Source: Rhodospirillaceae bacterium (GTDB taxonomy: Bacteria > Pseudomonadota > Alphaproteobacteria > Rhodospirillales > CALINB01). Taken from it: 64,000 bases of DNA. The DNA lies in the NCBI GenBank assembly GCA_038114465.1, contig JAYNQW010000007.1, positions 71,212 through 135,211 on the forward strand. Reading direction: 5' to 3'. The position numbers and the translations under genes were made by a program. The notes beneath the pieces were generated by a model, which was not told the DNA's origin, ran no database searches, and saw only the letters and a program-made list of their open reading frames with translations. This document shows positions 18,954 through 29,309 of the stretch, in pieces (the stretch's first letter is position 1; each line of letters begins with the position of its first letter).

Positions 18954-19931
18954 TTATTTTTTTGTGTTTGCGAGCGGGTGATGGTTTTGCACCAACGCCT
19001 TTAAGCGCTCATCCAACACGTGCGTGTAAATTTGAGTCGTAGCGATATCGGCGTGCCCCAACAGCTGCTGCAAGGAACGTAAATCCGCACCGTTTGCCAA
19101 CAAATGAGATGCGAACGAATGGCGCAGTACATGCGGCGACACCCGCGCCGGATTGAGCCCAGCCTCGATAGCGAGTTCCTTGAGGATTTGCGCAAACCGT
19201 GCCCGCGTGAGGTGCCCTTGTTTGGCACGTGAAGGAAACAGCCATTTTGATTCCGGTTTGTTTTTTTTACTTTCGCTTATTTTGTAACCGGGAATAAATT
19301 GTGGACGCACATCCCGGTACTCGGCAATTGCCCGACTGGCCGGACCACCGAGCGGCACCATGCGTTCCTTACCGCCCTTGCCTCGAATGACCAGCATTTG
19401 ATCTTCCTGCGTTAAAGCGGTCATGGGCATGCCAACCAACTCCGAAACCCGCAAACCGGTCGCATATAAAATTTCGAGCAAGGCGCGCAAGCGGAAGCCC
19501 TCAGGGCCGCCATGGCCGTTCGCAGTTTCCAATAGGGTTTCGACTTCCGCTTCATTCAGATATTTCGGTAGCGGGCGGCCCAACCGCGGGCTGTCGATAG
19601 TTGTACACGGATTATCTTCACGCAGGCCTTCACTCACTAAAAATTTAAAAAACTGCCGCAATGCGGATAAATGCTGCGCACTTGTCCCCGGTGCCATGCC
19701 ACGCGAGGATAACTGCGTAAAATATTTCCGGATCATCGGTGTGTCGGCTTTCTCCGGATCGCGCTTTCGCACCATCGTAAAAGCCGTGAAATTGGCAAGG
19801 TCGCGGCGATAGGATTCGAGTGTGTTGACCGCTGCGCCCCGTTCAGCAGCCAGCATATCGAGAAACATCTCGATGGTTCGCGATACGGTTAATTCGGTTT
19901 TACGGCGGCCCATAAGCTCAAGGCCTCTCAA
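18954..19931 (-). CDS. xerD: site-specific tyrosine recombinase XerD
   Basis: RGAA.NTL.SYRRDL N-terminal domain. C-terminal catalytic residues in HVLRHSFASHLL...GHADIATTQIYTHV. Confidence 0.9.
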   Translation of the reverse strand: MRGLELMGRRKTELTVSRTIEMFLDMLAAERGAAVNTLESYRRDLANFTAFTMVRKRDPEKADTPMIRKYFTQLSSRGMAPGTSAQHLSALRQFFKFLVSEGLREDNPCTTIDSPRLGRPLPKYLNEAEVETLLETANGHGGPEGFRLRALLEILYATGLRVSELVGMPMTALTQEDQMLVIRGKGGKERMVPLGGPASRAIAEYRDVRPQFIPGYKISESKKNKPESKWLFPSRAKQGHLTRARFAQILKELAIEAGLNPARVSPHVLRHSFASHLLANGADLRSLQQLLGHADIATTQIYTHVLDERLKALVQNHHPLANTKK

Positions 19932-19938
19932 TTAAAAA

Positions 19939-21735
19939 TTAAATGCCCTCGGCGACGGCGGCCTCAATGGCAAGCAAACGAGCCTCTTTGGCCAACCCGA
20001 TTTGCTCAAAGCTTTTCATGACATGGCTCAAGACGATCGGGTCTGCGTCGACTGTGCCGCTATTGCCAAGTGCCAGTAAATTTAACAGCAAGGCCTCACC
20101 GAAGCGCCCACTGTCCGACGCTTCCTGCATGCGATGCCAATAGGCCGGATGGGGCATGGCCACCGTAAGGCGCTGCGGCCCCTTCAAGAGCAATTCCCAT
20201 ATATCCTTCGGCACCGGATCACCGAGAGATTCGAACAACGTAAATAATAAAGCGGCTTTCTCGCGCGCACCCTCTTTACTTTTGATGCCTTGCCACCAGG
20301 ATTCCAACTCTTGCAAATTCCAGCCCTGAGCCTGGTGCGACCCGGAAAGGCGCGCCAACGGCATTAAGTTCGCCAACATACCCTGGGCCGCCTTACTAAA
20401 GAGGGCGCTGGCCCGGATCGCTGAAAACCAAACCCGGACGGCGTCTTCATTTTTCAAGATCAAAAATGCCCGGATCGATTCCGGAGCGAACCATAAAAGT
20501 TCATTCGACGGAGTGATGGTTTTCAAAATCGGCTCAAACACGCGCACCGTCGAAAGATAGCGGCCGCCCTGACGTGCCAAGGACATCGCTTTAGCGACCG
20601 CCTCGGCTTTGGCATGAGCGACAGTTTGCACGAGGGCCGTTCGATATAATAGCGCACGGCTTAGCGGTCCGCTTTCCGCCTCGGCCTTGCTGAGCGGATT
20701 TGCGAGCTCTTCTTCGGTGAACACGATACTGGTATAGAGTTGGCGAAGCGTATCCGTTTTTAACGCCCCTGCCGCTTCGGCCCGCTCGGCCGCTTCAAGG
20801 CGAATTTTAACGGATGCATTAGGACTGACGGCAATGGTTCTTAAGATCACCGGTTTATTTGAGGAAACCACATCGGCCGGCAGTTGCGCCTTGGCGACAC
20901 GCGCCATCGCTAAATGCAAGGGCGTCGGTTGCGGCATATTTTTTATTTTTACCGCCTGGCCACCGGCAAGCGCATCGACGATCGAAAAGAAAACTTCGTC
21001 CTTTTCGCCGAGTTCGCGCAACAATGATACACCAAGCTGCGCTTTTCCTTTTTCACCGGCCAAAGCCTGACAAAAAATAAACATTTTTTGCCAATACACG
21101 TCATTTTGAGCGGCAATTTGCCGGGTGGCCAAGGCACAGGCCCGCGCATTATCGTTCGACAGCAACCGCAGGTCCGCTTCGGCACGCGCAACTTGCGGAA
21201 ACTGATGCCGTGCCGGCGTCACGTTAAGCAACGCATTCGCCGACTTTAAATCACCCATTTCCGTGAGCAGCTGAATACGTAGCGCAACCAAACTGCCGGG
21301 CTTCGATTGTCCCCGTTCAAGGGCTGCCCGAGTTAATAACAACCGCTGCATCAACCGGCGCATAACATCGGATGCTGCATTGACCGGCAGGCGTTTCATC
21401 ATCCGGTCAATAGACCAACGGCTGATACCTTCCCATATTGTCGGTTTAAAACCGCCCTCTTCTTCAGTTAGTGTTCCAACCGTATCGGGATCAATAACCG
21501 TGAGCGTGTCGACTTGAACTTCTTGACCGCTAATGCGCGATCGCGCCGCGCCGCCAGTTGCCGGTTCTTGTGATTCATCTGATTCGCTTTGCGAGGGGTT
21601 TAACCGAACCGGTCCCTGCTCCGAAGCCGGATCATCCTGCGCGATGGCAATACTGGCGGTCATCACGCCGGACGCCGTGAGAAAAACCAGCAGGCAACAG
21701 CGGGCTAAAAAAGAATTAGCGGGGTAAACGGTCAT
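19939..21735 (-). CDS. secreted alpha-helical repeat protein of unknown function
   Basis: ORF 19939..21810. The likely start is MTVYPANSFLARCCLLVFLTASGVMTASIAIA (signal peptide). The body is Ala/Leu-rich and helical-looking, with no motif I recognise. Confidence 0.65.
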   Translation of the reverse strand: MTVYPANSFLARCCLLVFLTASGVMTASIAIAQDDPASEQGPVRLNPSQSESDESQEPATGGAARSRISGQEVQVDTLTVIDPDTVGTLTEEEGGFKPTIWEGISRWSIDRMMKRLPVNAASDVMRRLMQRLLLTRAALERGQSKPGSLVALRIQLLTEMGDLKSANALLNVTPARHQFPQVARAEADLRLLSNDNARACALATRQIAAQNDVYWQKMFIFCQALAGEKGKAQLGVSLLRELGEKDEVFFSIVDALAGGQAVKIKNMPQPTPLHLAMARVAKAQLPADVVSSNKPVILRTIAVSPNASVKIRLEAAERAEAAGALKTDTLRQLYTSIVFTEEELANPLSKAEAESGPLSRALLYRTALVQTVAHAKAEAVAKAMSLARQGGRYLSTVRVFEPILKTITPSNELLWFAPESIRAFLILKNEDAVRVWFSAIRASALFSKAAQGMLANLMPLARLSGSHQAQGWNLQELESWWQGIKSKEGAREKAALLFTLFESLGDPVPKDIWELLLKGPQRLTVAMPHPAYWHRMQEASDSGRFGEALLLNLLALGNSGTVDADPIVLSHVMKSFEQIGLAKEARLLAIEAAVAEGI

Positions 21736-21856
21736 CGGGAATGACTTTTTCAATTTTTGCGATCGGCGCGGGAATATCCCAGGCTGCCAGGAAAACGGCT
21801 CCTCCGACAAATATGACGAGCAAAAGCAGCAATACGATTTTGGAGAGACTTCTCAT
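21716..21856 (-). CDS. small single-pass membrane protein (46 aa)
   Basis: Hand translation: MRSLSKIVLLLLLVIFVGGAVFLAAWDIPAPIAKIEKVIPDDRLPR. It is below the track cutoff and overlaps the downstream gene start by 20 nt in another frame. Confidence 0.4.
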   Translation of the reverse strand: MRSLSKIVLLLLLVIFVGGAVFLAAWDIPAPIAKIEKVIPDDRLPR

Positions 21857-22088
21857 ACGAGTGGCAGCCTATGCGGGAATGATTAAAACAGCGCTAATAA
21901 ACGAATGCGAGGAGTTGTAATGTGCCAAGACGACATCGCCAAGGGATTATGCTAGTTTTCAATTGTGACAATTTTTTGGCAGTTTATCGGCTTGTATCAA
22001 GGCTTTCAACGGCTCGCCTTGGAGGCACGCCTACTGTTTTCGGCACGATCTGCCCAAGATTCGCGTGTAATATGACCCAGGACCGGCC

Positions 22089-22637
22089 ATGGAACAAAAA
22101 TTAATGATAGACCGGCCCCTCATTCTGGTTGGTTTGATGGGTGCGGGAAAGACCAGCGTCGGGCGCCGCTTGGCCAAGCGCTTGAACCTGCCTTTCTGTG
22201 ATGCCGATGAAGAAATCGTCAAAGCCGCAGGCTGCTCTATTGAGGATATCTTTGAACTCTATGGCGAAGGGGCATTTCGCGATGGTGAACGTAAGGTCAT
22301 CATACGCCTGTTGGACAAATCTCCTAAGGTGTTGGCGACGGGCGGCGGCGCCTTCATCGACGATACCGCCCGCAAAGCCATCAAGGAAAACGGCATTTCG
22401 ATTTGGTTGCGCGTACCCCTTGATACATTGGTCATGCGAACCGAAAACCGCGGCGGGCGGCCACTATTGAAAGATCAAGACGTTCCCGCGACATTGAAAA
22501 CTTTAATGGAAAAGAGATATCCCATATATGAAACGGCGGATATCGTAATTGACGCCGTCGGCGACACACCGGACGACACCGCTGAAGCCATTATCAAAGA
22601 GCTGGAACGCTATTTAAGCCAATCAAGGACTCAGTAA
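22089..22637 (+). CDS. aroK: shikimate kinase
   Basis: Walker A LVGLMGAGKTSVGRRLA, plus DAD and GGG motifs. Confidence 0.92.
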   Translation: MEQKLMIDRPLILVGLMGAGKTSVGRRLAKRLNLPFCDADEEIVKAAGCSIEDIFELYGEGAFRDGERKVIIRLLDKSPKVLATGGGAFIDDTARKAIKENGISIWLRVPLDTLVMRTENRGGRPLLKDQDVPATLKTLMEKRYPIYETADIVIDAVGDTPDDTAEAIIKELERYLSQSRTQ

Positions 22638-22648
22638 CGGAACAAATT

Positions 22649-23800
22649 ATGACGAACGCGCCTTCAAAAACTGTATCGAACTCAAACGGTCATACCGTTA
22701 CCGTCCGTGTCGATCTCGGCGAGCGCAGTTACGATATTTTGATTGGTGAGAATTTATTGGATAACGCCGGTGCGGTTATTACCGAAATTCTTCGTCAGCC
22801 CCGCGTCATCGTGATTACCGACAGCAATGTTGCCTCTTTACATCTGCCTGCTTTGGAGACGTCTTTGTCTAAAGCCGGGATCGAGACTCATAGCATTATC
22901 CTGCCGGCCGGCGAACAAACCAAAGATTTTGCACATCTCGCCGGCCTCTTGGATCAATGCCTCGATGCCCGTATTGCCCGAGACACCACATTGATTGCAT
23001 TGGGTGGCGGCGTGATTGGCGATATTACCGGTTTTGCCGCGGCCATCGCTTTACGCGGGATCGATTTTATTCAGATCCCGACAACCTTGCTTGCCCAAGT
23101 CGACAGCTCCGTCGGCGGCAAAACCGGTATCAACACCAAGCACGGCAAGAACCTCGTCGGTGCTTTTCATCAACCGGCCCTCGTGCTGGCCGATGTTGCG
23201 ACACTTGATACGTTGCCCGAACGGGAAATTCGGGCCGGATACGGCGAAGTCGTGAAATACGGATTGATCAATGATGCCCCGTTTTTTAATTGGCTCGAAA
23301 AGAACGGTCCCGCCCTATGCAATGGCGAGCACGCCGCCCGCATTCAAGCTGTCGAAACATGCTGCCGGGCAAAAGCCGCTATCGTGGCCGCCGATGAACA
23401 CGAATCCGGCCAACGCGCCTTGCTGAATTTAGGGCATACCTTCGGCCATGCTTTTGAAGCCGAGAGCGGTTATTCCGATAAGCTCTTACATGGTGAGGCC
23501 GTCGCCATCGGCATGGTCATGGCATTCTCGCTTTCCGGCAAGCTCGGTCTTTGCAACGATGAAGAGACGGCGCGTATCGCGGCACATTTAAAGGCCGTCA
23601 ACCTGCCGGCATCGTTGTCAGGCATCGCCGAGCCCTCATGGACACCTGCGCGGCTTTTATCTCATATGAGCCAAGACAAAAAAGTGCTGGCTGGACAATT
23701 AACGTTTATTCTGGCTCGCCGTATCGGCGAAGCCTTTATCAGCCGGGATGTAAAACCCGAAACGGTCCAATCCCTTCTTGAAGAGGCATTGGCGGCTTAA
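22649..23800 (+). CDS. aroB: 3-dehydroquinate synthase
   Basis: GGGVIGDITGFAAA, PTTLLAQVDSSVGGKTGIN, HTFGHA.E. Confidence 0.95.
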   Translation: MTNAPSKTVSNSNGHTVTVRVDLGERSYDILIGENLLDNAGAVITEILRQPRVIVITDSNVASLHLPALETSLSKAGIETHSIILPAGEQTKDFAHLAGLLDQCLDARIARDTTLIALGGGVIGDITGFAAAIALRGIDFIQIPTTLLAQVDSSVGGKTGINTKHGKNLVGAFHQPALVLADVATLDTLPEREIRAGYGEVVKYGLINDAPFFNWLEKNGPALCNGEHAARIQAVETCCRAKAAIVAADEHESGQRALLNLGHTFGHAFEAESGYSDKLLHGEAVAIGMVMAFSLSGKLGLCNDEETARIAAHLKAVNLPASLSGIAEPSWTPARLLSHMSQDKKVLAGQLTFILARRIGEAFISRDVKPETVQSLLEEALAA

Positions 23801-23878
23801 TGCATTGAAGCCCTATGCGCGGTTGCCCGCTTTCTTTAAAATACCGTTTGCTCGCATATTAAATTGGGAGTTAGGCCC

Positions 23879-24331
23879 ATGATGAACCTGCGGATTATTC
23901 CTGATGTTGTCGAGGAATCAACAATCCATGGCTTGAGAGACAATGACTCCGTTCTCGATGGTGCCAACCTTATGGACCGGCACGACATTAGTGCGGTCGT
24001 CATCTTCGATGAGGATGGCAAATTAACGGGTATCGTTACAGAGCGTGATTTGGCCCGGCGTGTCCTTGCCGACGGCCTCGATCCTGAGACCACGCCGCTA
24101 AGCGATGTCATGACCGACAACCCTGACACCTTATCGCCGGATGATGCCGTGTATGATGCCCTGGAACTCATGCGAACGCGCCGATATCGCCACCTACCCG
24201 TAGTCAAAGAGAGTAAAATCGTCGCGATGGTTTCAATTCGGGATTTATATGAATCGGTTCAAGATGCCCTCGAACAGAGCATGCGCGAAACCGAAGCTCT
24301 CGTCTTTTCCGGCGATAACAACAATCAATAA
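23879..24331 (+). CDS. CBS domain pair protein
   Basis: Two CBS-like repeats (ISAVVIFDEDGKLTGIVTERDL; RHLPVVKESKIVAMVSIRDL). A GGGAG Shine-Dalgarno lies 8 nt before ATG 23879. Confidence 0.85.
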   Translation: MMNLRIIPDVVEESTIHGLRDNDSVLDGANLMDRHDISAVVIFDEDGKLTGIVTERDLARRVLADGLDPETTPLSDVMTDNPDTLSPDDAVYDALELMRTRRYRHLPVVKESKIVAMVSIRDLYESVQDALEQSMRETEALVFSGDNNNQ

Positions 24332-24342
24332 AGGAACCGTCT

Positions 24343-24903
24343 ATGCCTCTTTCAACACCCGTGCCACGCAAACATCTTCATTCCAGAAATATCGAATGCA
24401 AAGGGTATGAACGTGAAGATGGCTTGTGGGATATTGAAGCGCACCTTGTCGACAGTAAGACCTATACTTTTGAAAATAAGGAACGGGGAACGATTGCCAG
24501 CGGCGATCCGGTCCATGACATGTGGATCCGCCTAACCGTCGATGAAGAGCTCACAATTCAAAAGGCCGAAGCCACGACCGATAAGGGGCCGTTTTCAATT
24601 TGCCGCGACGTGAATACTCAATTCAAATTGTTGGAAGGCTTGCAAATTGCACCAGGCTGGCGAAAAGCCGTCTTCGGCAAAATGGGCGGCACCCAAGGCT
24701 GCACGCATTTAAACGATCTTTTGATCGGCCCCTTGGCGGTGGCTGCATTCCACACAGTCAGCGCGGCTCGGGCCAAACGCAAGGAAAGCGCCGGGCCCAA
24801 TCAAAAACCCGCCCTACTTGATTCTTGTCATGCTTTTGCCAGCGACGGGCCGGTCGTGAAACGTGAATGGCCCGAGTTTTACCAGGGCGAAAACGCCAAT
24901 TAA
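24343..24903 (+). CDS. DUF2889-like protein
   Basis: HDMW..L.VD and GC.HL segments (GTQGCTHLNDLL), as I recall for DUF2889. Recognition from memory only. Confidence 0.65.
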   Translation: MPLSTPVPRKHLHSRNIECKGYEREDGLWDIEAHLVDSKTYTFENKERGTIASGDPVHDMWIRLTVDEELTIQKAEATTDKGPFSICRDVNTQFKLLEGLQIAPGWRKAVFGKMGGTQGCTHLNDLLIGPLAVAAFHTVSAARAKRKESAGPNQKPALLDSCHAFASDGPVVKREWPEFYQGENAN

Positions 24904-24927
24904 TCGAACGAAAAATCGGAAATGAAC

Positions 24928-25206
24928 TTAGCGCTCGTTGATTTTGTTCGCTAAATTTCCGTGTGCCGCTTTGCTGTGACCTTGTTCGGTTGACGCTTCA
25001 CGAAAGTAGATTAAGGCAAATGTTCGAACCGCCGAAGTTCGGCTTGATTTATTTCGAAGCGTTTCGATGTAACTGCAAAGTTGATGCAGGTTTACATTTT
25101 CCCGTTTGCAAATTTCATCGAGCGAGTCCCAAACCTGTTGCTCCAAACGGAGGCTGGTACGGTTTCCGCGTATCGTCACATTGCGGCTTATAAGAGCACT
25201 GATCAT
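24928..25206 (-). CDS. ribbon-helix-helix domain protein (RHH_4-like)
   Basis: RNVTIRGNRTSLRLEQQVWDSLDEICKRENV pattern, typical of small alphaproteobacterial RHH proteins. Confidence 0.65.
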   Translation of the reverse strand: MISALISRNVTIRGNRTSLRLEQQVWDSLDEICKRENVNLHQLCSYIETLRNKSSRTSAVRTFALIYFREASTEQGHSKAAHGNLANKINER

Positions 25207-25415
25207 TTACGTCCCCAAGTCTTGCTACTTTAAAGAGCATTATTATTTGGACGAGGTAAACTAACCACTCTCGTAAACCACTGCAATATTGTTTTTTTTA
25301 GAACGCTAAACAACTATTAGTAGTTGGTTGTCAAAAAAATTATTAGAACTTTGCATACGCATGTCTATAATAACGCACTCGAACAAGTCAAAATTTAAGC
25401 ATAAAGTTTTGTTGC

Positions 25416-26192
25416 TTATTTTGCAGTCCAACCACCGTCAACCAAAAGGCTGGTGCCGGTTATGAGTGCAGCGGCAGGTGACGCCAAGAATACAATCGCA
25501 CCCATAATGTCCTCGATATCGCCAATACGGCCTAAGGGAATTTGATCGAGCGTCCAATTGAGGAATTCTTCGTTGGTAAAAAAAGTTTCCGTCATCGGTG
25601 TGCGGATAAATGTCGGGCTTAACGAATTTACGCGAATCTTTTGCGGCGCCAGTTCGACCGCCATGGCCTTTGTCATGCCTTCGACCGCATGCTTCGTTAA
25701 ACAATAAGCAGTCCTATTGGGGGAGCCCACATGACCCATTTGCGAAGACATATTAATAATGGCCCCGCCGCCGTGTTCGGTCATGCGCCGGGCGGCGGCC
25801 TGGGAAACGATGAACATCGCCTTCACGTTCAAATCGATCACGCGATCCAGATGTTCTTCGGAAACATCCAGAAACGGCTCGGGAATATTCGTGCCGGCAT
25901 TGTTCACCAACACATCGATGCGCGACAAACCGCCGATCTTTTCTGCAACCTGAGCGGCATCGGTCACATCGCAAACCAATGGCTCGGCTTTTCCGCCGAC
26001 CGCCTGGATCGAGGCGCAGGCCTCTTCCAGTTCGGCCGCGGTGCGGCTAACCAATACCGTATTGGCTCCCGCTTCGGCGAGCGCCTGTGCGCAACCGAGC
26101 CCAAGCCCACGGCCCGCTCCGGTCACCACAGCAGTCTTACCGTCGAGACGCATGGATGGGATTTTTGGAACTGATTGTTTTTCTTCAGCCAT
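25416..26192 (-). CDS. SDR-family oxidoreductase
   Basis: TGAGRGLG cofactor motif, NNAG, catalytic Y..xK in AYCLTKHAV. The start was chosen at MAEEK (26192). The longer N-terminal extension in the track ORF looks non-coding. Confidence 0.9.
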   Translation of the reverse strand: MAEEKQSVPKIPSMRLDGKTAVVTGAGRGLGLGCAQALAEAGANTVLVSRTAAELEEACASIQAVGGKAEPLVCDVTDAAQVAEKIGGLSRIDVLVNNAGTNIPEPFLDVSEEHLDRVIDLNVKAMFIVSQAAARRMTEHGGGAIINMSSQMGHVGSPNRTAYCLTKHAVEGMTKAMAVELAPQKIRVNSLSPTFIRTPMTETFFTNEEFLNWTLDQIPLGRIGDIEDIMGAIVFLASPAAALITGTSLLVDGGWTAK

Positions 26193-26305
26193 GATTTTAC
26201 CTCTAAATTCGCCCTTCTCGTGTTCGCGCTGAGATGGTACAGAGTTGCGAGCAAAAACAAAACATATCCAATTCTCACACAAGCACCCATAAGGGGAGAA
26301 TGACC

Positions 26306-27274
26306 ATGCCACGCCGTTACGATGAAAAAATGTTTGATCTCGCTCATCTCCGGGCGACCGCGGAAAAATGCAAAAATTGGGGCCGCTGGGGACCGGATGA
26401 TGAGGCCGGCACATTGAATTTCATCGGACCAGAAGAGGTTGTTAACGCCTCCAAGTTGGTAAAAAAAGGCAAGACTTTCTCTCTCGGACTTAATTTCGAC
26501 CGTTTTGGTCCCCAAAAAGGCCTATGGGGCAACCGGTTTAATCCGATCCATACCATGCTCGCGACCGGCACCGATGCCGTTGCGGGTAACCAAGACGAAG
26601 GCGGCCTGCGGTATGCCGATGATATGGTGTCTCTTCCCTTGCAATGCGGCACCCAATGGGATGCGCTGGGGCACATCTTTTACGATGAACAAATGTGGAA
26701 TGGTTACGACGCCCGTCTGGTCGATGCCGATGGCGCGCAGAAAAATAGTATCGATAAAGTAAAAGACCGGATGTTCGGTCGCGGTGTTCTTTTGGACGTC
26801 GCCCGCCACGTCGGCGTTGATTATCTCGAAGACGGCATGGCCATGACCAACGACGATCTCAACGAAACCGCCGAAGCACAAGGCGTCGAAATTAAAAAGG
26901 GCGATTTCGTGATTTGCCGCACCGGCCAAATGGAACAACGCTTGAAGGACGGTGAATGGGGCGGCTATGCCGGCGGCGATGCGCCGGGCCTCGCGTTTGA
27001 AACCGCCGAATGGATTTATGAGAAAGAAATCGCGGCGATCTGCTGCGACACCTGGGGTTGTGAAGTCCGCCCAAATGAAACAAAGGACGCCAGCCAACCC
27101 TGGCATTGGGTCGTGATTCCGATGATCGGCATTACCATGGGCGAAATTTTTTATTTAAAAGATCTCGCCGAAGATTGCGCGGACGACGGCGTGTATGAAT
27201 TTCTCTTTACCGCACCACCCCTGCCGATTTCAAAAGCCGTCGGTTCACCGATCAATCCGATGGCGGTCAAATAA
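26306..27274 (+). CDS. putative cyclase / arylformamidase-like family protein
   Basis: The family-typical HxGTHxDxPxH region is only partly recognisable ([14 protein letters not shown]). Start MPRRYD is 6-7 nt after AAGGGGAGA. Confidence 0.7.
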   Translation: MPRRYDEKMFDLAHLRATAEKCKNWGRWGPDDEAGTLNFIGPEEVVNASKLVKKGKTFSLGLNFDRFGPQKGLWGNRFNPIHTMLATGTDAVAGNQDEGGLRYADDMVSLPLQCGTQWDALGHIFYDEQMWNGYDARLVDADGAQKNSIDKVKDRMFGRGVLLDVARHVGVDYLEDGMAMTNDDLNETAEAQGVEIKKGDFVICRTGQMEQRLKDGEWGGYAGGDAPGLAFETAEWIYEKEIAAICCDTWGCEVRPNETKDASQPWHWVVIPMIGITMGEIFYLKDLAEDCADDGVYEFLFTAPPLPISKAVGSPINPMAVK

Positions 27275-27303
27275 ACCGTTCGTATCAATGGAGGCCACCT
27301 TCA

Positions 27304-28605
27304 ATGGCAACATATCTTAAAAAGGGTATCACCCAGGAAAAAGCGGACGAAGTCGACCGCCAGGTTCGCGAAACCGTTGAGAATATCATCAACGACATCC
27401 GCAAACGGGGCGATGCCGCCGTCCGCGAACTTTCCGAAAAATTCGACAAATGGAATCCGGATAGTTTTCTGTTGCCGCAGGATGAAATCGAAAAAATCGT
27501 CGCCAAAGTCGATCCCGATACCATCCGTGATATCAAATTTGCCCAAGAGCAAATCCGCAACTTTGCTCAAAGCCAGCGTGACTCCATGAAGGATGTCGAG
27601 GTCGAAACCCTGCCGGGCGTCACGCTGGGGCACAAAATCGTGCCGGTCAATCGTGTCGGTTGCTATGTGCCTGGCGGGCGCTATCCGATGGTGGCATCGG
27701 CCCACATGAGCGTTGTGACAGCAAAAGTCGCCGGCGTGAAAGAGATAGTCGCTTGTACACCGCCCGTCGACGGCACACCATATCCGGAAACTGTCGCGGC
27801 GATGGCCTTAGGCGGTGCGGACAAAATATATATGATCGGGGGCGTTCAAGCTGTTGCCGCGATGGCCATCGGAACGGAAACATTTGATCCTGTTGATATG
27901 CTTGTCGGTCCTGGCAACGCCTATGTCGCCGAAGCTAAACGGCAATTGTTCGGTGCCGTTGGCATCGATTTATTAGCCGGTCCGACGGAAGTTCTGATTG
28001 TCGCCGATCACACGGCGGATGCCGAAATGGTCGCAACCGACCTGCTGGGACAAGCCGAACACGGCCCAACCTCGGCTGCGACATTAATTACGACATCGGA
28101 AAAATTAGCAAAAGAATTGCCGGCGGAAATAGAAACACAATTATCGCGCCTGCCGACTGCCGATATCGCCAGCGTCTCCTGGCGGGATTACGGCGAAATC
28201 ATCTTGGTCGACAGCATCGAAGAAGCCGTGGTTGAAGCCGACAAGGTCGCCTGCGAACACGTCCAAATCATTACGGAAAATCCACGCTATTTTCTCGATA
28301 ATATGACCAACTACGGTTCGCTGTTTTTAGGCCCCGAAACCAATGTTTCTTACGGCGATAAAGTCATCGGCACCAACCATACCCTACCGACGAAAAAGGC
28401 GGCCCGCTATACCGGCGGCCTTTGGGTCGGTAAATTCCTCAAGACCATGACCTACCAAGAGTGCACACCGGAAGCGAGCGCACTGATCGGTGATTATTGC
28501 TCACGGCTATGCGCCATCGAGCGGTTTTGGGGCCACAAGGAACAAGCCGACCTGCGCTTACGCCGTTATGCCGGAAAAAATGTGGGTTTGGGCGCCTCCT
28601 CCTAG
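27304..28605 (+). CDS. histidinol dehydrogenase-family (HisD-like) NAD-dependent dehydrogenase
   Basis: 433 aa. Family segments [28 protein letters not shown]. No other his genes are adjacent. Confidence 0.88.
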   Translation: MATYLKKGITQEKADEVDRQVRETVENIINDIRKRGDAAVRELSEKFDKWNPDSFLLPQDEIEKIVAKVDPDTIRDIKFAQEQIRNFAQSQRDSMKDVEVETLPGVTLGHKIVPVNRVGCYVPGGRYPMVASAHMSVVTAKVAGVKEIVACTPPVDGTPYPETVAAMALGGADKIYMIGGVQAVAAMAIGTETFDPVDMLVGPGNAYVAEAKRQLFGAVGIDLLAGPTEVLIVADHTADAEMVATDLLGQAEHGPTSAATLITTSEKLAKELPAEIETQLSRLPTADIASVSWRDYGEIILVDSIEEAVVEADKVACEHVQIITENPRYFLDNMTNYGSLFLGPETNVSYGDKVIGTNHTLPTKKAARYTGGLWVGKFLKTMTYQECTPEASALIGDYCSRLCAIERFWGHKEQADLRLRRYAGKNVGLGASS

Positions 28606-28677
28606 CGCCAGTGCCAACGCAGCAAATTCCGGCCATTACCCTTGCCAGGACTTCCCGGAGCTTTCATATTAAGCCCC

Positions 28678-29256
28678 ATGGGACGCAGAATTGCCCGGAA
28701 AACTTTGCCAGAATCGGCCCATCAGGCCGAAAGGGTCCGTGTATGCGATTGGCCCGGCTGCTGCGGGGGCGAAGGTGAACACCGGGCCCCCCGGGCTCGG
28801 GATGATCTAAATAATTATTACTGGTTTTGCCTCGAGCACATCCGTCAATATAATGCCGCCTGGAACTATTATGCCGGCATGTCCGATGATGAGGTCGAGT
28901 ATGATGTCCGCTATGATACGGTGTGGCATCGGCCCAGTTGGCCCATGAACGGCGGCGCAAGAGGACGGTTTTCGCCGGCTGCCAAACTCAAAGATCCGTT
29001 TGGGTTTTTTGACGATGAAGAGCCCGATGCGGATAATAACCGGACTAACCATAACGGCATGGGCGCAATTGAAACCCAGGCCCTCGTGGTTTTAGACCTT
29101 AGGCCGCCGATAACGGTTGCCGCGGTCAAAGCCCGGTATAAAGAATTAGTAAAACGTCATCACCCGGACAGGAACGGTGGTGACAAGAAAGCGGAAGAGA
29201 AATTTAAACAGATCAGTCAAGCCTACCAGACGATCATGCATAGCCTGACCTCATGA
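28678..29256 (+). CDS. J-domain (DnaJ-like) protein
   Basis: C-terminal J domain VKARYKELVKRHHPDRNGGDKKAEEKFKQISQAYQTI with HPD. The N-terminus is Cys-rich (CDWPGCCG...CLEH). Confidence 0.8.
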   Translation: MGRRIARKTLPESAHQAERVRVCDWPGCCGGEGEHRAPRARDDLNNYYWFCLEHIRQYNAAWNYYAGMSDDEVEYDVRYDTVWHRPSWPMNGGARGRFSPAAKLKDPFGFFDDEEPDADNNRTNHNGMGAIETQALVVLDLRPPITVAAVKARYKELVKRHHPDRNGGDKKAEEKFKQISQAYQTIMHSLTS

Positions 29257-29309
29257 TTGTCGTTATTTAACCGGAATACATTAACTGTAACAAACTGGAC
29301 CATCATCTA

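Noticed and set aside
26193-26414. 74-codon N-terminal extension of the SDR ORF, and similar upstream extensions of the LOG (39282-39389), monomeric IDH, fhs, enolase, rlmE (57713-57820) and patatin (58638-58724) ORFs.
   Set aside because: The extensions cover the Shine-Dalgarno of a downstream in-frame ATG. They overlap neighbouring genes or divergent promoters and add sequence absent from the family N-termini, so the internal starts were chosen.
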